A stretch of 28,992 nt of DNA from a virus (taxonomy: Duplodnaviria; Caudoviricetes), in IMG/VR virus record IMGVR_UViG_3300033232_000017, positions 1 through 28,992 of that record, one strand, 5' to 3'. The notes below the pieces were generated by a model that was not told the DNA's origin, searched no databases, and was given only the letters and a program-made list of their open reading frames with translations. Shown here one piece after another: positions 24,728 through 28,992 of this stretch (positions are counted from its first letter, which is position 1; each line of letters begins with the position of its first letter). Made by a program: the position numbers and the translations under genes.

Positions 24728-26629
24728 ATGCCACGATTAGATATTTATGAGCAGCAAACTGTAGCCCAAGGCCCTCGCGCCTCGGGTCTTGAGTTTGGTG
24801 CAGGAATCGGTCAGGCCATGCAGCAGGCTGGTAGTGTGATGGAAGACATCGGTGTGACCATGAAGCGACGGGAGGATGTCATCGATCGTGTGCGCCTGAC
24901 TGGCGAGTTTGAAAAGTTCGCTGGTGAGTCTTTGACTGCTCTGGAGGGTGAAGACCTCGCTAACAAGGCTACTGTCGACAAGTACAGCCAAGGTGTGCGT
25001 GAAAAGGTTGACCAGATTGTCGGGATGCATGGTGGTACGTCTGCCAGTCGTGCTGAGCTTAAAGCGCAGTTACTCAATCAGGCAGTTCAGTACGAAAAGT
25101 CTGCAAGAGCAGGTCAGGTTAAAGCCCAGCACACACTGGTCGGAAACTTTGTCGAGCAACAGGTCAACGCACTGTCGTCAAAGGCAACCATCGCACCTGA
25201 TGTCATGGGAGACACGTTCGCGGAGTTTGACAACGCGCTGCGTACATTTGAGGGGGTGATGTCACCTCAGGTGATAGAGCAATATCGCACAAGTGGACGG
25301 GAGAAGATCGCTCAAGGTGCTATCAACGGATTGCTTGCGAGAGGCCAGTGGCAAAAGGCGTCCGATGTGATGAATAACCCTGAGGTAATCAAAGTCCTGA
25401 GCCCCGATGTTTCGCGCAAGCTGCGAATTGATGTCATGGTGGACGAAGGTAACGCAACCGCTGAGACAAAGCGTCAAGAGGATAACATCCGTCGCCTGAC
25501 CTTGTTGACAGGACGCGATTTGTCGCCAGAAGAGCAAACTAAAGCCGGACTGTTGCCCCCCAAGAAGGACAGGACACCTGCCGACGAGATTGCAGAACTT
25601 GAGATCGTCAAAGGTCGCCCAGCAACTCAGACAGAGGTCGATAAGATTTTCGGCACTTACGTTGACGGTGGAAGCCAGAACACGATGTTTGGTAACAGTC
25701 TGGAAGGCCGAGCCATATCCTTCGTGACCGAGAACGCTGCTGCTTACGCCAACGGTATGCTTACTTCGGAACAAGCGCGTCAATTTGAGTCAAGTGTTGC
25801 GGTCGCATACGGTCCAAAACAAGACCCTGTTACCGGCAACTACTACACACCGACAAAGCCTGCGTTTGTGGCTCAAGCTGTGAATCGCGGAGGCTCGATG
25901 TACGGCGGCACGATGCAGGCACCCGCAGGCCAGCCGATCCCTCCGGGGCAGCAGGCCATGCCCGGTCAAACTGTGCAGCTTGACATCGGTGGCCGTCCAA
26001 TTGGTCAGGGTGTAGTTGGTCCAAATGGCGAGTGGACAATCCCGGCACCTCCTGAAAGTGGAGCAGCGGGTGGTATACAACCTGCTCCGGTTAAGGAGCC
26101 GACAATCTGGGAGATGGCTGAGTCCATGTCTGGCCCAGGTGCTGCCGTGGCAGCAAGTGCTGAAGGTATGCCCATCATAGGTGGCAGGCTTGGTCCTGCT
26201 GTGGGGGAAATGTTGGACACACCTTCTGCCATCACCACCAATCGTCAGTATGTGCGCACACAGATCAGCCAGATGGTTGATGCCTTGTCGATCAACCCGC
26301 GTAACCCAGTTGCGCTGGTAGAGATGATTCGAAAAGAGTTGGATGTTGATCCCAAGGTCATGGACAACCCGGCAGCTTATCGTAAGCGGCTTGAAGGTGT
26401 CAACCGTGCCCTGACCGAACGGTTGATTGAAGAAACCAATGCTGGTAACAACCCAGACCTGCCAGCGAAGACCCGTCAGGATGCGTTGACCGTTGCTGAC
26501 AGCCTCCGCAACTTCCAGAAGAAACTCATGCCCCCGATGGTGAAGAACCGGGCTGAAATAAAACAACTGGGACTGAAATCGGGTGACAAGTTTGTCGATC
26601 CTAGCGGTAAACTCCGAATGATCCCATGA
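24728..26629 (+). CDS. Internal virion (ejection) protein at the gp15 position (633 aa)
   Basis: Long helical ORF in the ejection-protein slot, AAGGGG SD, P/G/Q-rich linker; no catalytic motif recognised. Confidence 0.75.
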   Translation: MPRLDIYEQQTVAQGPRASGLEFGAGIGQAMQQAGSVMEDIGVTMKRREDVIDRVRLTGEFEKFAGESLTALEGEDLANKATVDKYSQGVREKVDQIVGMHGGTSASRAELKAQLLNQAVQYEKSARAGQVKAQHTLVGNFVEQQVNALSSKATIAPDVMGDTFAEFDNALRTFEGVMSPQVIEQYRTSGREKIAQGAINGLLARGQWQKASDVMNNPEVIKVLSPDVSRKLRIDVMVDEGNATAETKRQEDNIRRLTLLTGRDLSPEEQTKAGLLPPKKDRTPADEIAELEIVKGRPATQTEVDKIFGTYVDGGSQNTMFGNSLEGRAISFVTENAAAYANGMLTSEQARQFESSVAVAYGPKQDPVTGNYYTPTKPAFVAQAVNRGGSMYGGTMQAPAGQPIPPGQQAMPGQTVQLDIGGRPIGQGVVGPNGEWTIPAPPESGAAGGIQPAPVKEPTIWEMAESMSGPGAAVAASAEGMPIIGGRLGPAVGEMLDTPSAITTNRQYVRTQISQMVDALSINPRNPVALVEMIRKELDVDPKVMDNPAAYRKRLEGVNRALTERLIEETNAGNNPDLPAKTRQDALTVADSLRNFQKKLMPPMVKNRAEIKQLGLKSGDKFVDPSGKLRMIP

Positions 26630-26636
26630 GGTAAAT

Positions 26637-28992
26637 ATGGCAACCACAAACGAATTCGATGATTTCCCTGAGGTTGGTCAATCATCATCGCAGGCAGTGA
26701 ACGAGTTTGCTGATTTTCCTGAAGTCGGTGATGGTGCAGGTGCTGCTCAGAACTATGGCACGCTGAGCCAGCAGGGTGCCGCTGGTCTGGAGGCTGGTGC
26801 GGGGGCAGCCATTGAATCGACTGGCATGATGAGTGGTGCGATTTTGGGTGCCAAAGCAGGCACGATGGCTGCACCTTTCCTCGGTCCCTTTGCTCCTGCT
26901 GCTCCCATCATCGGTGGCATCGTTGGTGCAGGTGCTGGTATGTATGCAGGCAGCCAAGCCCGTGGAGGGCTCGGTCTACGCACCCCTGAACAATTTGAAC
27001 CCGGCCTGCGGCCCGGTGCGTACACAGGTGAAGCGTTTTTGGGTGCACTGCCTGTTGCTGGTGCCCCATACGCAGCGATTCAGACGGGTTACCGATTCGG
27101 CCAGTCGAAGGTGGGCCACTATCTGAACCAGATCATCGAAACTGCACGAACACAACCTGTGCGATTCGGTGCCGCCGAGGTTTCTGCTGCTGCATCCGCT
27201 GCCTTGGCATCAGGTGTGGCTGAGATAGTTGCACCCGGAGAAACAGGCGTTCGCATGGGTGCCGAGGTCACTGCTGGTTTGACCAATCCTACTCGATTGA
27301 CTGTTCAGGCATCGAATTACACACTCGGAAAGATCAAGCAGGTCGCGTCTTCTTTCAGTGCTGCTGGTCGAGAAACAGCAGCAGCCAAGATTCTGGCCGA
27401 TCTCGCAATGCTTGAAAAAGAAGACCCTTTGATGTTAGCAAGGATTTTGAAAAACCCCGCCATTGTCGGGAAAGATGTTATAGATTTAACCGCTGCACAA
27501 CAAACAGGTTCTTCCGCACTTGCCGCACTGGAAAAGCATTTGACAAATTCGAGTGCCCAGTTTGGTGCTGAGGCCAAAAACAAAGCATCGGCGGCATTAG
27601 ACAACATTCGTACTCAGATCGTACTGCTACGTTCGACTGGCGACCCGGCGGCACTCACTGCCGCAGCGGAGATTCGCAGCGTCTATTACCGCACACTGAT
27701 CCAAGGTCGGCTCGATACGGCCACAAATACAGCCTCAGACTTCGCTCGTGGTATCAACCTGCTCAACCCTGAGAACAAGGTTCAATTGGGTGTTAAAGCC
27801 AGAGGGGCAGTTGATCTGGCTATCAAGGATGCTCGCAAGGCAGAGAGTGATCTGTGGGGCAAGATCGACAGTACACGCAAGATAGGGGTGGAAAACGTAC
27901 AGAAAACACTCGATGATATTTCTTCCGAGTTGTTGCCTGAAGTACGCAATGAGAAACTGCCACCTCTGGTTCGCAAATTCCTTGACCGAATAAACAAACC
28001 CGGCGAACCCTCATTCGACTATGACCCGCAGACCATGATTCTGGTGGATCGTGCATCAGATGTCGGTGTGTCCAATGTCAAGGAGATGCGCCAGCTTCGC
28101 AGTGAGTTGTTGGACATGGCTCGCACCACAACCAACGCGGGTGATTTTGGGCAGGCTCGAATCTACAACAATCTGGCCGAGGCTGTGCTGGACGACATGG
28201 ACACCGCGTTTTCCAAAGCTGGTGACACTGCATACGATGAGGCTCGTGCTTTCTCGCGCGAGTTCAACGATGTGTTCACTCGCAGCTTCGCTGGTCGCGC
28301 TACATCTACAGGTAAGTACGGTGACCGTATCGCACCAGAGCTTCTGATGGTCAAGGCACTGGCTTCAGGCAAGGAGGCAGGTGCCATCCAGATGCAGGAG
28401 CTTGAAGAAGCCACCCGGTTCATGGTCACTCGTGGTCTAGGCACCAACGAGGCAATGACTCAGATGCTGGACGCACAGGAGAAGATGTTGCGCTTGGCTG
28501 CTGCCGATGCCGTCGAAGAAGTGGTTGATCCGAAGACGGGTACACGACTCATGCAGGTGAACCCGACCCGATTGAAGAAATTCCTCAAGGACAACAAGCT
28601 CTTGATGGATCGGTTCCCTGAGGTGCGCAACGACATCAACGCTGCTGTTCTGTCAGATGAAGCACGAAACCGCATGGTGACTCTCGCACGCAACCAAGTC
28701 AATATCATCGAGAAGCAGAAGGCGTTCGGAAAGATTCTCGGCTCCGATCCTGTCACTATGGTGGGCAAGGCTCTCATCTCCCCGACGCGGGAAGAACAAC
28801 TCACCGCCATACTGGCAGTAGCAAAGCCGGGTGTTACCGGCAAGCTGGGACGCCAGATGAAGGTGGCACCAGATGCCATGAAGGGTGCCACAGCATCCGT
28901 GTATGAGGCTGCTCTGCGCCACTCAAGTGACAGAAACGGTGTACTCAATCTGGCTCAGATGAAAGGCTTCCTGTTCAACGCATTCGATGGTC
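26637..28992 (+). CDS. Large internal virion (ejection) protein at the gp16 position, 3'-truncated (at least 785 codons)
   Basis: Not in the ORF track because it has no stop in the window. GAGGT SD, ATG 26637, MATTNEFDDFPEVG..., Gly/Ala-rich hydrophobic segment; the same frame reads ...KGFLFNAFDG at the edge. Not every internal codon was checked. Confidence 0.85.
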   Translation, partial: MATTNEFDDFPEVGQSSSQAVNEFADFPEVGDGAGAAQNYGTLSQQGAAGLEAGAGAAIESTGMMSGAILGAKAGTMAAPFLGPFAPAAPIIGGIVGAGAGMYAGSQARGGLGLRTPEQFEPGLRPGAYTGEAFLGALPVAGAPYAAIQTGYRFGQSKVGHYLNQIIETARTQPVRFGAAEVSAAASAALASGVAEIVAPGETGVRMGAEVTAGLTNPTRLTVQASNYTLGKIKQVASSFSAAGRETAAAKILADLAMLEKEDPLMLARILKNPAIVGKDVIDLTAAQQTGSSALAALEKHLTNSSAQFGAEAKNKASAALDNIRTQIVLLRSTGDPAALTAAAEIRSVYYRTLIQGRLDTATNTASDFARGINLLNPENKVQLGVKARGAVDLAIKDARKAESDLWGKIDSTRKIGVENVQKTLDDISSELLPEVRNEKLPPLVRKFLDRINKPGEPSFDYDPQTMILVDRASDVGVSNVKEMRQLRSELLDMARTTTNAGDFGQARIYNNLAEAVLDDMDTAFSKAGDTAYDEARAFSREFNDVFTRSFAGRATSTGKYGDRIAPELLMVKALASGKEAGAIQMQELEEATRFMVTRGLGTNEAMTQMLDAQEKMLRLAAADAVEEVVDPKTGTRLMQVNPTRLKKFLKDNKLLMDRFPEVRNDINAAVLSDEARNRMVTLARNQVNIIEKQKAFGKILGSDPVTMVGKALISPTREEQLTAILAVAKPGVTGKLGRQMKVAPDAMKGATASVYEAALRHSSDRNGVLNLAQMKGFLFNAFDG

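Noticed and set aside
1-28992. Diversity-generating retroelement, expected from the BPP-1-like layout
   Set aside because: No reverse transcriptase motif or template/variable repeat pair was seen; the tail fibre region lies outside the window.

Overview
This window is about 29 kb of a dsDNA tailed phage with an APSE/BPP-1 (Rauchvirus)-like podovirus layout; no host genes, integrase, RNA polymerase, lysis genes or RNA genes were recognised. Left to right: (i) a minus-strand replication operon (RHH regulator, Pro/Ala-rich protein, DUF2800 nuclease, DUF2815 SSB, DNA polymerase, DUF3310, VRR-NUC, SNF2 helicase, small ORFs), whose polymerase carries family B motifs where this cassette normally has PolA; (ii) a divergent plus-strand Prim-Pol/PriCT-2/DUF3987 primase-helicase; (iii) a minus-strand cluster of small unknown genes ending in an XRE-type HTH gene; (iv) a roughly 750-bp non-coding strand-switch region with 15 perfect copies of the dyad CCCANTGGG and a G10 run; (v) a plus-strand morphogenesis operon from TerS/TerL through portal, scaffold, capsid, cement and tail tube proteins to ejection proteins, the last cut by the window edge. 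The best candidates for undescribed biology are a plasmid-like replication control unit in front of the primase (overlapping divergent promoters, RHH repressor, a 29-codon translationally coupled leader ORF and a predicted ~60-nt antisense RNA) and the CCCANTGGG array. All protein family calls come from motif recognition and synteny by eye, not from database searches, and all promoters and RNA structures are predictions.
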